64,000 nucleotides of DNA from Alphaproteobacteria bacterium (GTDB lineage: Bacteria; Pseudomonadota; Alphaproteobacteria; GCA-2731375), in assembly GCA_965232515.1 (NCBI GenBank), contig CBDDPY010000002.1, positions 3,200,001-3,264,000 of the forward strand, in the 5' to 3' direction. Every line of letters begins with the position of its first letter. Positions within the stretch are counted from its first letter, which is position 1. A model generated the notes under the pieces. It was not told where the DNA came from. It made no database searches and saw only the letters and a program-made list of their open reading frames with translations. Below, one piece after another: positions 18,587-27,942 of this stretch. A program made the position numbers and the translations under genes.

Positions 18587-21500
18587 TCAGTCCAGATCGT
18601 CGAGCAGCGCCTTGGCGTCGGTCAGGTCGGCCGTCTCGAAGCCTTCGCCAAACCAGCCGTAGAGCGGCGCCAGCAGGTCCCGGGCCTTCCGGCGCTCGTC
18701 ATTCCGGCGCCAGAGCCGCGCGAGGCTGGTCGCGGCACGCAGTTCCAGGGATCTCGCCTGCTGGGCACGAGAAACCTCCAGGGCCGACTGGAACATGGCT
18801 TCGGCGTCCTGGCTTTGACCAGCATCGTACGCCAGCACGACATCACCATGCATTCTCAGGACATCCGCCTCCCAGGTGCGCTCGCCGGATTTCTCGACCA
18901 TGCCGACGGCACGCTCGACGGTCTCGCGCGCAATCTCGAGCTCGCCGGCGGCCACATAGGCCATCGCCAGCAAGGCGTTGTCCCGGGGCCGGTCCCGGTG
19001 CAAGCCCGCGGCCTGCCAGGCGGCCATGCCGTCGTGCATCCGGGCAAGGCCGGCTTCGAGCTCACCGGACGCCACCCGGTTCCATCCCTCCGCGATGATG
19101 CACCGGGCCGCCAAGCGATGCAGGCCGGATTCCGCGCACAAGTCGAGTGTCCGCCGCAGATGCTCCAAGGCCAGCGGCGCCTCGCGGCGGCACTGGTGCA
19201 GCCGCGCGAGATGCCAGTGCGCCAGCGCCAGGCTGGGCTGGTGTCCAAGCCGGTTCGCCAGGCCAACTGTCCGGCGCGCCATCTCCAGCGCCTGATCCGG
19301 CTGACCGAGCAGCCACTGACAGAGCGCGACCGTGGCATGGCCGCAAACACCGGGGTCATGGCCGCCATAGGTAAAGGTCTGGGCGTGATCGCGCTCGGGA
19401 TCGTAAATCGCGATGCCATCGCGGGCATGCGCCAAGGCCGAGTCCAGCTCGCCGGCATAGATCGCCGTGGTCCATGCGGCGTGGTGCGCCTGCAACGGAA
19501 ACTCGGTTCCGGTCTGGGTTTCGGCAATGGCCAACACATCGGCGGCGATTTGCCGGGCGGCCGTCGGCTTGGGGCGAAACTGCTCGTTCAGCCATGCGCC
19601 CCAGGCCGCGGCGAACCTGTCGGCCGGGCTGTCGATCGCCTGCGCCAACTCGCGGGCGCGCAGATAGGCTTGCTCGGCCGAGGCCACGCCCCAACCGCCC
19701 GTCATCGCCAGGATGGGACCGTAGGTCAGTAGAATGCCCAGCTCCAGCCGGTCGCGGTCCGTCGATTCCGGCAGGTTAGGAACAACCGCCAGCGCCTTCT
19801 CGAAATAATCGACGGCTTCGAGATGCGCCGAGCGCTCGACGGCTTTCGTCGCCGCACGCTGGAGGTAGGCCACGGCCTCGGACCACAATTCGCCGGCAAA
19901 CGCGTGCCGCGCCAGGCTCTCCGCCCAATCGTCGAGCTGATCGCGGTGCTGCGCCTCAATCACGCGGAACAGGTCGACATGCAACGCCCTGCGACGGCCC
20001 AGCAGCAGGCTGTCATAGGCGACCTCGTGCACCAGCGCATGCTTGAACGTGAATTCAGCGTCGGGCGGCAGCCGGGTCTGGTAGAGGATCTCCGCCGACT
20101 GCAGATCGGCCAACGTGGCATCGAATGTCGGCGCATCGAGCCCGGCGATTGGCCGCAGGAAAGCGACGGCCACGTCTTTGCCGATAACGGATGCGGTTTG
20201 CAGCAGGCTTTTGCTGGCGGGCGGCAATCGGTCCAGGCGCGCCGCGAGCACGGCCTGCACCGACGACGGCATCTCCAGATCGTCAATCGGCTTGCGCAAG
20301 CGGAACCGGCCACGGTCGCGCGCCAGCACGCCCGACTCCTGCAGATTGCGGACGGTCTCCTCGAGGAACAACGGCGTACCGTCAGTGCGCTCGACAATCA
20401 GCCGCCGCAACGGATCAAGCGCCGGATCGTCGCCCAGCAGGGCGCGGAGCATGAGATCGGCCGTCTCCGCCTGCATCGGATCGGCGCGGATCAGGCGGAA
20501 ATAGCTCTTGCCGGCCCAGTCGTGCCGATATTCCGGCCGATAGGTGACCAGCAGGAAAAGCGGCGCGCCCCCAAGTGCATCGACGAGACCGTCGAGCAGC
20601 GCCTGCGTCTCGTCGTTCAGCCAGTGCAGGTCCTCGACGACCAGGATCAGGGGGCGTGCCAGGCTGATCCGAACGAACAATTGCCGGATGGCGTCGCGGG
20701 TGCGCTGGTGGCGTTCCTCGGCGCTCAGCCGCTGCCAATCGCCGCTGTCATCATCCACAGGCAGATCGAGCAGCGCCTGCAATGGTGGAAGAATGGCGTT
20801 CAAAGCCGGATCGAGCGCGTCGATCTTCTCCTTCAGCTTCGCCGCGATCCGCGACGCGGCGATGCGCTTGCCAACACCGATCCAAGCGCCGACCAAGTCG
20901 CAGAGCAGGCAGGTCGGCGTATTCTGCTCATGCGCGGCCATCGCCGACGCGAGCACCGTCCATTCCTGGGTGCGGGGCGATTTCAGGAATTCGTGCACCA
21001 GCCGCGATTTGCCCATGCCGGGTCCGCCGACGATCGCGATCACCTCGCCCTGTCCGGCCGCCGCGCGTTCGAGCGCGCGTTCCAGTTTCGCCAGCTCGGC
21101 CTCGCGGCCGATGAAGCGGGTCAGGCCGCGCGTGGTCTGCGCCTCCCAGCGCGTCCGCGCCGCCGTGCTGCCGGTCAGCTCGAACAATCCGCTGTCCGAG
21201 CCCAACGGCCGGACCGTGACAAACCCTTCGGCCTGGCGATGGGTCTCGGCGGTCAAGCCGATGCGCCCCGGCGCCACCTGCTGCTCCACACGATAGGCCC
21301 GATGCACGGTCGGACCGCTGGCGTCGTAACGCCGGGACAGCGCCTCGCCCACATAACCGGCCACGACCTCGCCCGAATGCAGACCGACACGGATGGCGAG
21401 GTCGGCATCCGACAGTTCTTGCATCGCCTCCTGCATCGCCAGTGCCGCGTGGCAGGCGCGGACGGCGTGATCCTCGTGCGCCAGTGGCGCACCGAACAAG

Positions 21501-23731
21501 GCCATGATGCCGTCGCCGTGCACGTCGCACACCGTGCCTTCGAACCGGTTGACCGCGGCGGTCATGACCCGCAACGCCGGCGCCAGCCGCTCCACCGCGG
21601 ACTCCGGATCGAGGCCGTCGATCAGCGCGCCGGATCCCTTGATGTCGGCGAACATCACCGTGACGCGCTTGCGTTCGCCTTCCATCGGCGCCGGCCGCAG
21701 CGACGGCGAAGGGCTCGCCGGCAGCGCCTCGGCGTCCGGCCCGGACGGCGCCTGCGCCGCATCGAGCAAACCGACCTGGCGCAACCCATCCAGCAGACGT
21801 TGGTTGGCCGCGTCGTCCCGATAGATCCGCCACTCGACGCGCTTCTCGATGAAGTCAGGCTGAATCCGTCGACAGGCATCGGCCGCCACGCGGGCCGCGT
21901 CCGGCTCGTCGAGCAGGCCATGGCAGATGGCGAGCAGGAAATGCGCATAGGGATCGCCAGGCGTTCGGCCGATCACGTCGAGCAGCAGGTCGTGCGCTTC
22001 TTCGTATTGGCGCGCGTTCAGATACGCCCGGGCCAGGCTGCAAAGGTACATCTGGCCGCGCGGGTTGCGGGGATTGGATTGCACCGCGTCCTCGAGCAGC
22101 GCGATGCCTTCCTCGTGCTGGCCGGCGATGTCGAGCTGGTTGCCGAGCGAGAAGCGCGCATGCGTGTTGCAGGGACAGAGCGCCAGCGCCTTGCGCATCT
22201 CGGCGATCGCCATCTCCTGCTGACCGGCCCAGACGTAGCAACTGCCGAGCGCCACATGCGCATAGGGCGATTCATGGTCGAGCGCAACGGCGCGATGGGC
22301 CGAGCTGAAAGCGTCGGCCAACGATCGCGCCCGCTCGTCGCTGCGTTCGAACAAGAGATCGCGGAGATGGGCCATGGCCAGCCCGGCATGAGCTTCGCTG
22401 AAGTCGGGTTCCTGGGCAATGGCGCGCACGAACATGGCGCGGGCACGGTCGGTACCCGCCGCATTGGCCTCGTTCAGGTTAGCGACGCCGCGGACGTAGC
22501 AGTCCCAGGCCGACAGATCCGTGGCCGCCCGTGCGACAGACCGGCGAAACTCGGCCTGCTCGACCGCCGGCGCGACGGACGAGACGATGCGGGCGGCGAT
22601 CTCGTCAACGATCTCAACACCGTCGTCGGCCAGGCGGTCGAAACGCGCCGTCCACACCTGATAACCGGAGATGGCGTCGATCAGCTTGACGTTGAAGCGC
22701 AGCAGATTGTCCACGCGGCGCAATCCGCCGGAGACCACATAGCGGGCGCCGACTTGCCGGGCCAGTTCGCGCGGATCAACGGATTTGTGATCCTGAGTCA
22801 GGATCGCCTCGTGGCCGACGACGGGGAACGTACGCCACGATGCCAGCGCGGCGATCAGCTCGTCGGTCAAGCCGGCGACCAGCCTTTGTGCGTCGCCTTC
22901 GCCGTCCTGGCAGTCGAACGGACGCACCGCGACGATCGGCCGGTCCGGACTTGCCGCCGACGGTTCAACTGTCCTGATGGGCCGTGCCGCCGACGTTGCA
23001 TCCGCGCGGGACGTTCGCCAGGCCGCCTCCAATTCACCCGACAGCGGCGCCTTCAGCTCTCCGAGCGCCTGCAGGCCGGCACGATATTGTTGCTCGGCCT
23101 CGGCACGACGGTCGGCGGCGATCAACAGCTCGACCAACCCGGCGCGGCTGGCCTCGTCGAACGGGTCGAGCTCGACAAGCTGCCGTGCATAAGGCAGGGC
23201 GTCCATCGGCGTATCGGTCAGCCGCCGCACCAGCTCGGCGAGAAGATCGGCGCGCTGGGTCCGCAGATCCTCGCGCTCGGCCACGCACCAGGCCTGGAAA
23301 CCGGGACAGGCGGGCAGATCAAGTCCCTCGAGAAATTCGCCGCTGAAGGCGTCGACCAGTGCCGCAAGATCCGCCGTCGGTATGTCCGCGATGCCGTTCG
23401 CCAGCGCCCGGCGGATCTGCAGCACGTCGACCGCCGCGTCGCCAGGCTCAAACGCCACGTTTGTTCGGTCGGCGACGATCCGGGGCCGGTCGGCCTCGTC
23501 GACCAGCGGGCGAAGCTTGCTGAGGCTCCAACGCAAGGCGGCGCGGGGGTCGTCCGGGATATCCCAGAGCAAGTCGCACAGACTGTCCCGCCGGTGCGGC
23601 CGGCCGGTCAACGTCAGATAGGCGAGCAGCGCCAGCGTTTTCTTGGACGGCGGCAAATCCTGCCGCTCGCCGCCGCGCGTTACCGCGAGCGGCCCCAGAA
23701 ACCGCAGCTCCAGAGGTGTCGTGCCGGACAT
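18587..23731 (-). CDS. Giant multidomain regulator: wHTH-BTAD, TolB-like, TPR, class III nucleotide cyclase, STAND-type AAA ATPase, TPR
   Basis: LRFLGPL...ALLAYL...LRWSLSKLR; FSGEFLEG..FQAW...LDPFDE (BTAD); PIVAVRPF (TolB-like); ERKRVTVMFADIKGS, GDGIMALFGAP, IRVGLHSG (cyclase); GGPGMGKS, VVEDLHW (ATPase); SLELRAATSLARLW...FGEGFETADL C-terminus; GGAG RBS before ATG 23731. Confidence 0.9.
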   Translation of the reverse strand: MSGTTPLELRFLGPLAVTRGGERQDLPPSKKTLALLAYLTLTGRPHRRDSLCDLLWDIPDDPRAALRWSLSKLRPLVDEADRPRIVADRTNVAFEPGDAAVDVLQIRRALANGIADIPTADLAALVDAFSGEFLEGLDLPACPGFQAWCVAEREDLRTQRADLLAELVRRLTDTPMDALPYARQLVELDPFDEASRAGLVELLIAADRRAEAEQQYRAGLQALGELKAPLSGELEAAWRTSRADATSAARPIRTVEPSAASPDRPIVAVRPFDCQDGEGDAQRLVAGLTDELIAALASWRTFPVVGHEAILTQDHKSVDPRELARQVGARYVVSGGLRRVDNLLRFNVKLIDAISGYQVWTARFDRLADDGVEIVDEIAARIVSSVAPAVEQAEFRRSVARAATDLSAWDCYVRGVANLNEANAAGTDRARAMFVRAIAQEPDFSEAHAGLAMAHLRDLLFERSDERARSLADAFSSAHRAVALDHESPYAHVALGSCYVWAGQQEMAIAEMRKALALCPCNTHARFSLGNQLDIAGQHEEGIALLEDAVQSNPRNPRGQMYLCSLARAYLNARQYEEAHDLLLDVIGRTPGDPYAHFLLAICHGLLDEPDAARVAADACRRIQPDFIEKRVEWRIYRDDAANQRLLDGLRQVGLLDAAQAPSGPDAEALPASPSPSLRPAPMEGERKRVTVMFADIKGSGALIDGLDPESAVERLAPALRVMTAAVNRFEGTVCDVHGDGIMALFGAPLAHEDHAVRACHAALAMQEAMQELSDADLAIRVGLHSGEVVAGYVGEALSRRYDASGPTVHRAYRVEQQVAPGRIGLTAETHRQAEGFVTVRPLGSDSGLFELTGSTAARTRWEAQTTRGLTRFIGREAELAKLERALERAAAGQGEVIAIVGGPGMGKSRLVHEFLKSPRTQEWTVLASAMAAHEQNTPTCLLCDLVGAWIGVGKRIAASRIAAKLKEKIDALDPALNAILPPLQALLDLPVDDDSGDWQRLSAEERHQRTRDAIRQLFVRISLARPLILVVEDLHWLNDETQALLDGLVDALGGAPLFLLVTYRPEYRHDWAGKSYFRLIRADPMQAETADLMLRALLGDDPALDPLRRLIVERTDGTPLFLEETVRNLQESGVLARDRGRFRLRKPIDDLEMPSSVQAVLAARLDRLPPASKSLLQTASVIGKDVAVAFLRPIAGLDAPTFDATLADLQSAEILYQTRLPPDAEFTFKHALVHEVAYDSLLLGRRRALHVDLFRVIEAQHRDQLDDWAESLARHAFAGELWSEAVAYLQRAATKAVERSAHLEAVDYFEKALAVVPNLPESTDRDRLELGILLTYGPILAMTGGWGVASAEQAYLRARELAQAIDSPADRFAAAWGAWLNEQFRPKPTAARQIAADVLAIAETQTGTEFPLQAHHAAWTTAIYAGELDSALAHARDGIAIYDPERDHAQTFTYGGHDPGVCGHATVALCQWLLGQPDQALEMARRTVGLANRLGHQPSLALAHWHLARLHQCRREAPLALEHLRRTLDLCAESGLHRLAARCIIAEGWNRVASGELEAGLARMHDGMAAWQAAGLHRDRPRDNALLAMAYVAAGELEIARETVERAVGMVEKSGERTWEADVLRMHGDVVLAYDAGQSQDAEAMFQSALEVSRAQQARSLELRAATSLARLWRRNDERRKARDLLAPLYGWFGEGFETADLTDAKALLDDLD

Positions 23732-23828
23732 GTCTCCCTGCTCACACGCCGAAATGGCCATTGCTGCAGCCCCAGATAACCCGCGGCTGTGACCATTTTC
23801 ACTGATTTAGACGAGTTCGGGGCCGAAT

Positions 23829-23878
23829 CCACGCAAATTCAACGCAGCGACCAACGCTGTCTCCAACGGCGAACACGC
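23829..23878. promoter_or_regulatory. Phased direct repeats, putative wHTH (SARP/OmpR-type) binding sites
   Basis: CCACGC 23829, CAACGC 23840, CAACGC 23852, CAACGG 23864, ACACGC 23873 in the divergent intergenic region. Confidence 0.5.
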
Positions 23879-23943
23879 ATTTACCGGCGGCACGCGGTCA
23901 GCAACCGACCGCCAACCCACGAAATGCCAATGGGAGACAGCAG

Positions 23944-24603
23944 ATGACAGTGCAAATCGGCGATACCGCGCCGGATTTTCAGGCCGAGACGACCGAGGGT
24001 CATATTAGCTTTCACGACTGGATGGGCGACGGCTGGGCCATCCTGTTCTCGCATCCGAAGGACTTTACGCCCGTCTGCACCACCGAGCTCGGCTACATGG
24101 CGAAGCTCCAGCCCGAGTTCGAGAAGCGCAACGTCAAAATCATCGGCCTGAGCGTCGATTCGGTCGAGGACCACCGGGACTGGTCGCTTGACATCGAAGA
24201 AACGCAGGGCCGGGCGCCGAACTATCCGATGATCGGCGACCCCGACCTGAAGGTCGCGAAGCTCTACGGAATGATCCACCCGAACGCCACCGGCGGCGCC
24301 AAGGGGCGCACGGCGGCCGACAACGCCACCGTCCGCAACGTTCTGGTCATCGGTCCGGACAAGAAGGTCAAGCTGATCATCACCTATCCGATGAGCACGG
24401 GCCGCAACTTCGACGAGGTGCTGCGGGTGGTCGACTCGCTGCAGCTCACCGCCAACCACCAGGTGGCGACGCCGGTGAACTGGCGTCAGGGCGACGACGT
24501 GATCATCGTGCCGGCCCTCTCGGACGACGAAGCGAAGAAGAGGTTTCCGGACGGCTGGCAGGCGCCCAAGCCCTACCTGCGCATCGTGCCGCAGCCGGCC
24601 TAG
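23944..24603 (+). CDS. 1-Cys peroxiredoxin (Prx6 family)
   Basis: FSHPKDFTPVCTTELG, YPMSTGRNFDE, VATPVNW. Confidence 0.96.
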   Translation: MTVQIGDTAPDFQAETTEGHISFHDWMGDGWAILFSHPKDFTPVCTTELGYMAKLQPEFEKRNVKIIGLSVDSVEDHRDWSLDIEETQGRAPNYPMIGDPDLKVAKLYGMIHPNATGGAKGRTAADNATVRNVLVIGPDKKVKLIITYPMSTGRNFDEVLRVVDSLQLTANHQVATPVNWRQGDDVIIVPALSDDEAKKRFPDGWQAPKPYLRIVPQPA

Positions 24604-24655
24604 ACGCCTCTCCGACCGGGCGTCGGCCTCAAGCTCCAACCAAAGGACAAATAAG

Positions 24656-25534
24656 ATGACGTATGTAATCAAGAGACTGCTGGCACCCGCCATGGTGCTG
24701 CTCCTCGGCGCGGCCTGCACGCATGCGGCCAATGCCGACTATGCCAACCCACAGCTGCTGACCTCGACCGAGCAGCTCGACCGGATGCTGGACCAGCCCG
24801 GCGTGCGCGTCGTCGACGTGCGGCCGAAGGCTGATTTCGACAAGGGCCATATCGAGGGCGCGGTGCATCTGGGCGCCGACGACATCATCGATCCGAACAG
24901 TCACATCGAAGGCGACCTGCTGCCGCACGACGAGATCGTCGGAATGCTGGAAGCCCGCGGCATCGACCGGAACACGCCGGTCGTGTTCTACGACGACAAG
25001 GGCGGCTTTCACGCCGCGCGGCTGTTCTGGATGCTGGAGTATTTCGGTCACCGCAAGGCCAGCGTCCTGAACGGCGGCTTCCCCAAATGGCAGAAGGAAG
25101 GCCGTCCGGTCAGCACCAAGCCGACCCGATACCAGCGGACGGAATTCACCCTGACGGCAATTCCGCGCCGGATGGCGTCGGCCGATTGGCTGCTGGACCG
25201 CAGCGGTAACAGCAATGTTGTGGTCATCGACGTGCGGCCGACCAAGGCGTATGACGCCGGCCACATTCCCTGGGCCCGCAATATTCCCTGGAAGCAGAAC
25301 CTTGCCGCCGACGGCACGCTGAAGCCGGCCGACGTTCTGCTGGCGCACTTCGAGAGCCAGGGCGTGACCAAGGACAAGAACGTCGCCGTGCACTGCCAGG
25401 TCGGCAAGGCCGCGGCGCATTCCTATCTCGCCCTGCGGCTGCTCGGCTATCCGCGGATCCGGAGCTACGACCGCTCGTGGGCCGAGTGGGGCAACGCCGA
25501 CGATCTGCCCAGGGCCGAGAAGAGCAAGAGCTAA
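24656..25534 (+). CDS. Tandem-domain rhodanese/sulfurtransferase with predicted signal peptide
   Basis: GHIEGA, AARLFW, LNGG, GHIPWA, active-site HCQVGKAA, YDRSWAEW; N-terminal KR plus hydrophobic stretch plus AxA-like site. Confidence 0.9.
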   Translation: MTYVIKRLLAPAMVLLLGAACTHAANADYANPQLLTSTEQLDRMLDQPGVRVVDVRPKADFDKGHIEGAVHLGADDIIDPNSHIEGDLLPHDEIVGMLEARGIDRNTPVVFYDDKGGFHAARLFWMLEYFGHRKASVLNGGFPKWQKEGRPVSTKPTRYQRTEFTLTAIPRRMASADWLLDRSGNSNVVVIDVRPTKAYDAGHIPWARNIPWKQNLAADGTLKPADVLLAHFESQGVTKDKNVAVHCQVGKAAAHSYLALRLLGYPRIRSYDRSWAEWGNADDLPRAEKSKS

Positions 25535-25629
25535 TCAGATCGGCTGACATTGCGGCCAGCCGGGGCGCGGATCCGCGCGTCCCGGCGACCGCCGCGTTAA
25601 TCCATTTCATTCATGAACGAGACAGACCT

Positions 25630-26766
25630 ATGATTTTCCGACAGCTCTTCGACAGCGTTTCCTGCACCTACACCTATCTGATCGCCAGCCGGCGCGGCGG
25701 CGAAGCGCTGCTCATCGATCCCGTCCTGGACAAGGTCGACCGCTATCTCAAGCTGCTGGACGATCTGGAGCTGAAGCTCGTCAAGGCGGTCGATACGCAT
25801 CTGCATGCCGACCACATCACCGGCCTCGGCGCGCTGCGCGACCGCACCCGCTGCATCACCGTGATGGGCGTTGAGACAGCCGCCGACCTGGTGGCGCTGC
25901 GGCTCGCCGACGGCGACGTGATCGACCTCGACGGCCTGCGCCTCGTGGCCATTCACACGCCGGGTCACACGGACGATTCCTATTCCTTCCTGCTGGGCGA
26001 CCGGGTGTTCACCGGCGACACGCTGTTCATCCGCGGCACCGGCCGCACGGACTTTCAGAACGGCGATCCGGCGGCGCAATACGACTCGCTGTTCAACCGC
26101 TTGCTGTGCCTGCCGGACGAGACGCTGGTCTTTCCGGGCCACGACTATAACGGCCAGACCGTCAGCACCATCGGCGAGGAAAAGGCCTGCAATCCGCGCC
26201 TGCAGGTCGGATCGGTCGACGAATACGTCGCGCTGATGAATGGCTTGAACCTGCCGAACCCGAAAATGATAGACGTGGCCGTGCCGGCGAACCTGCAGAT
26301 CGGCCTGGCCCAGGCCGAGATCGACGCTCGCGGCTGGGCGCTGCGGTTCGAGCAGGCCCGCGACCTGCTGGACCGGCCGGATATTGCCTTCATCGATTTA
26401 CGCGAGCGGTCCGAGCGTGCCCGGCATGGCGGCATCCCCGGCGCCTTGCACGTCCCCTACGGGCGGCTGAACGAGAACCTGGCGGACGGCGGTTTGCTGC
26501 GGGAGCTGGCGACGACCGGCGGCAAGCGGCTGGTGTTCTTCTGTGCCTACGGCGAGCGCTCGGCGATGGCGGTCGAGACCGCGCAGGCCGCCGGGCTCGC
26601 CAAGAGCAGCCACCTGAAGGGCGGCATCGACGCCTGGAAGAAGGCCGGCGGGCCCTTCGATCTGCATGTGCCTCGCGTGCGGCCCGAAAACGATCCGATC
26701 CCCGGCTGCGGCGGCTGGGATATCGAAGACGAACCGGTCGTGCGCCGTCCGGCGAATGCGGCCTGA
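25630..26766 (+). CDS. Persulfide dioxygenase (ETHE1-like MBL fold) fused to a rhodanese domain
   Basis: MIFRQLFD..SCTYTY, THLHADHITG, TPGHT, FTGDTL, GRTDFQ, PGHDY, NPRL; C-terminal rhodanese FFCAYGERS, LKGGIDAW. Confidence 0.9.
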   Translation: MIFRQLFDSVSCTYTYLIASRRGGEALLIDPVLDKVDRYLKLLDDLELKLVKAVDTHLHADHITGLGALRDRTRCITVMGVETAADLVALRLADGDVIDLDGLRLVAIHTPGHTDDSYSFLLGDRVFTGDTLFIRGTGRTDFQNGDPAAQYDSLFNRLLCLPDETLVFPGHDYNGQTVSTIGEEKACNPRLQVGSVDEYVALMNGLNLPNPKMIDVAVPANLQIGLAQAEIDARGWALRFEQARDLLDRPDIAFIDLRERSERARHGGIPGALHVPYGRLNENLADGGLLRELATTGGKRLVFFCAYGERSAMAVETAQAAGLAKSSHLKGGIDAWKKAGGPFDLHVPRVRPENDPIPGCGGWDIEDEPVVRRPANAA

Positions 26767-26781
26767 CGGGGGAGATCGGCG

Positions 26782-27036
26782 ATGCTGAAGACGCTCTTCA
26801 CCGCGCATCCGGCCTCGGTCAACGAGACCTATCTCCAGCACATGGCCATGGCCGCGAGTTTCGCGCTGCGCCTGCTGGCCGGCGGCTTCGCGGTCGCCGT
26901 CCATGCCGTGCTGCCGTTCCTGTTCCAAAGCACGGGCCGCCGGATCGTCGCCGAATTGCACGGGCGCATGGTGACACATCGCGTCGTCCGCCCCGCGCCA
27001 ATTCACGCGGATGGCCCGTCCGTCGTGTCCCGGTAA
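26782..27036 (+). CDS. Small membrane-associated protein (DUF6356-like)
   Basis: FTAHPASVNETYLQH...VHAVLPFLF pattern; GGGGAG RBS. Confidence 0.75.
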   Translation: MLKTLFTAHPASVNETYLQHMAMAASFALRLLAGGFAVAVHAVLPFLFQSTGRRIVAELHGRMVTHRVVRPAPIHADGPSVVSR

Positions 27037-27057
27037 GCGTTCCCAACGGAGAAACAC

Positions 27058-27891
27058 ATGACCGACACTTTGATCGCCGACGCGGCGCAGCCGGCTTCAC
27101 CCGCGCAAGCCGACTATGCCGATGCCGCCGCCTACGAACGTTACATGGGCCGCTGGAGCCGACAGCTCGCGAAACGGTTTCTGGATGTCACCAGGATCGG
27201 CCCCGCGACCCAGATCCTGGACATCGGTTCGGGCACGGGCGCGCTCTCCGATGCCGTTGTTGGCGCGGTCGGGGACGCCGAGACCGTCGGCATCGACCCG
27301 ACACCGTCATTCGTTGCCCACGCCCAGGCGCACGCGCGCGACGCGCGACAATCCTTCATGGACGGCGATGCCCGCTGCCTGCCGTTCCCGGACGACTTCT
27401 TCGATGCCAGCCTGGCGCTGCTGTCGCTGCACAACATTCCCGATGCCGACAGGGCGCTCAACGAGATGTGCCGCGTGACCCGGCCCGGTGGCGTGCTGGC
27501 GGCCTGCGAATGGGACTTCGCCGACGGCATGCAGATGTTCCGCGTGGTCTGGGACGTCTTGTTCGCGCTTCATCCCGAGGCGCGGGCGGAGTTCTCGACC
27601 GAGATTCCGCTGGGCGGCCGCGGCGAGTTGCATGCGCTCTGGACCGCCGGCGGCATTCGCGACGTGGTCGAGACGTCCATCACCCTGCCCATGACCTTCT
27701 CCGACTTCGACGACTTCTGGACGCCGTTCGCCGAAGGTCCGTCGCGGGCCTGGCGTTTCCTGAACCGGCTGTCCGATGCGGAGCTCGACGGGTTTCAACG
27801 GACGCTGCGCCGCACGCTGCTGGGCGACGAGGTGGATGGACCCTTCCGCCTGCACGCCCGGGCCTGGGCCGTACGCGGCTATGCGCCCTGA
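27058..27891 (+). CDS. Class I SAM-dependent methyltransferase
   Basis: YERYMGRWS, ILDIGSGTG, LPFPDDFFD, RVTRPGG. Confidence 0.92.
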   Translation: MTDTLIADAAQPASPAQADYADAAAYERYMGRWSRQLAKRFLDVTRIGPATQILDIGSGTGALSDAVVGAVGDAETVGIDPTPSFVAHAQAHARDARQSFMDGDARCLPFPDDFFDASLALLSLHNIPDADRALNEMCRVTRPGGVLAACEWDFADGMQMFRVVWDVLFALHPEARAEFSTEIPLGGRGELHALWTAGGIRDVVETSITLPMTFSDFDDFWTPFAEGPSRAWRFLNRLSDAELDGFQRTLRRTLLGDEVDGPFRLHARAWAVRGYAP

Positions 27892-27942
27892 CCACGCGTC
27901 GCTCGATCCAGATCCCAACGCCATACTTGAGGAGTAGTTCAG

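Noticed and set aside
17036-19732. 898-aa plus-strand ORF
   Set aside because: Antisense to the M20 peptidase and the giant regulator C-terminus; no recognisable domain.
19823-23779. 1318-aa plus-strand ORF
   Set aside because: Antisense shadow of the giant regulator; Arg/Gln/Ala-rich with no motifs, as expected from high-GC codon bias.
23829-23878. Short repeats as a mini-CRISPR or iterons
   Set aside because: Units are only 6 bp and no cas or rep gene is nearby; better explained as regulator binding sites.
23944-26766. Selenocysteine recoding in the redox or sulfur enzymes
   Set aside because: Active-site residues are ordinary Cys codons, and no in-frame TGA interrupts these ORFs.
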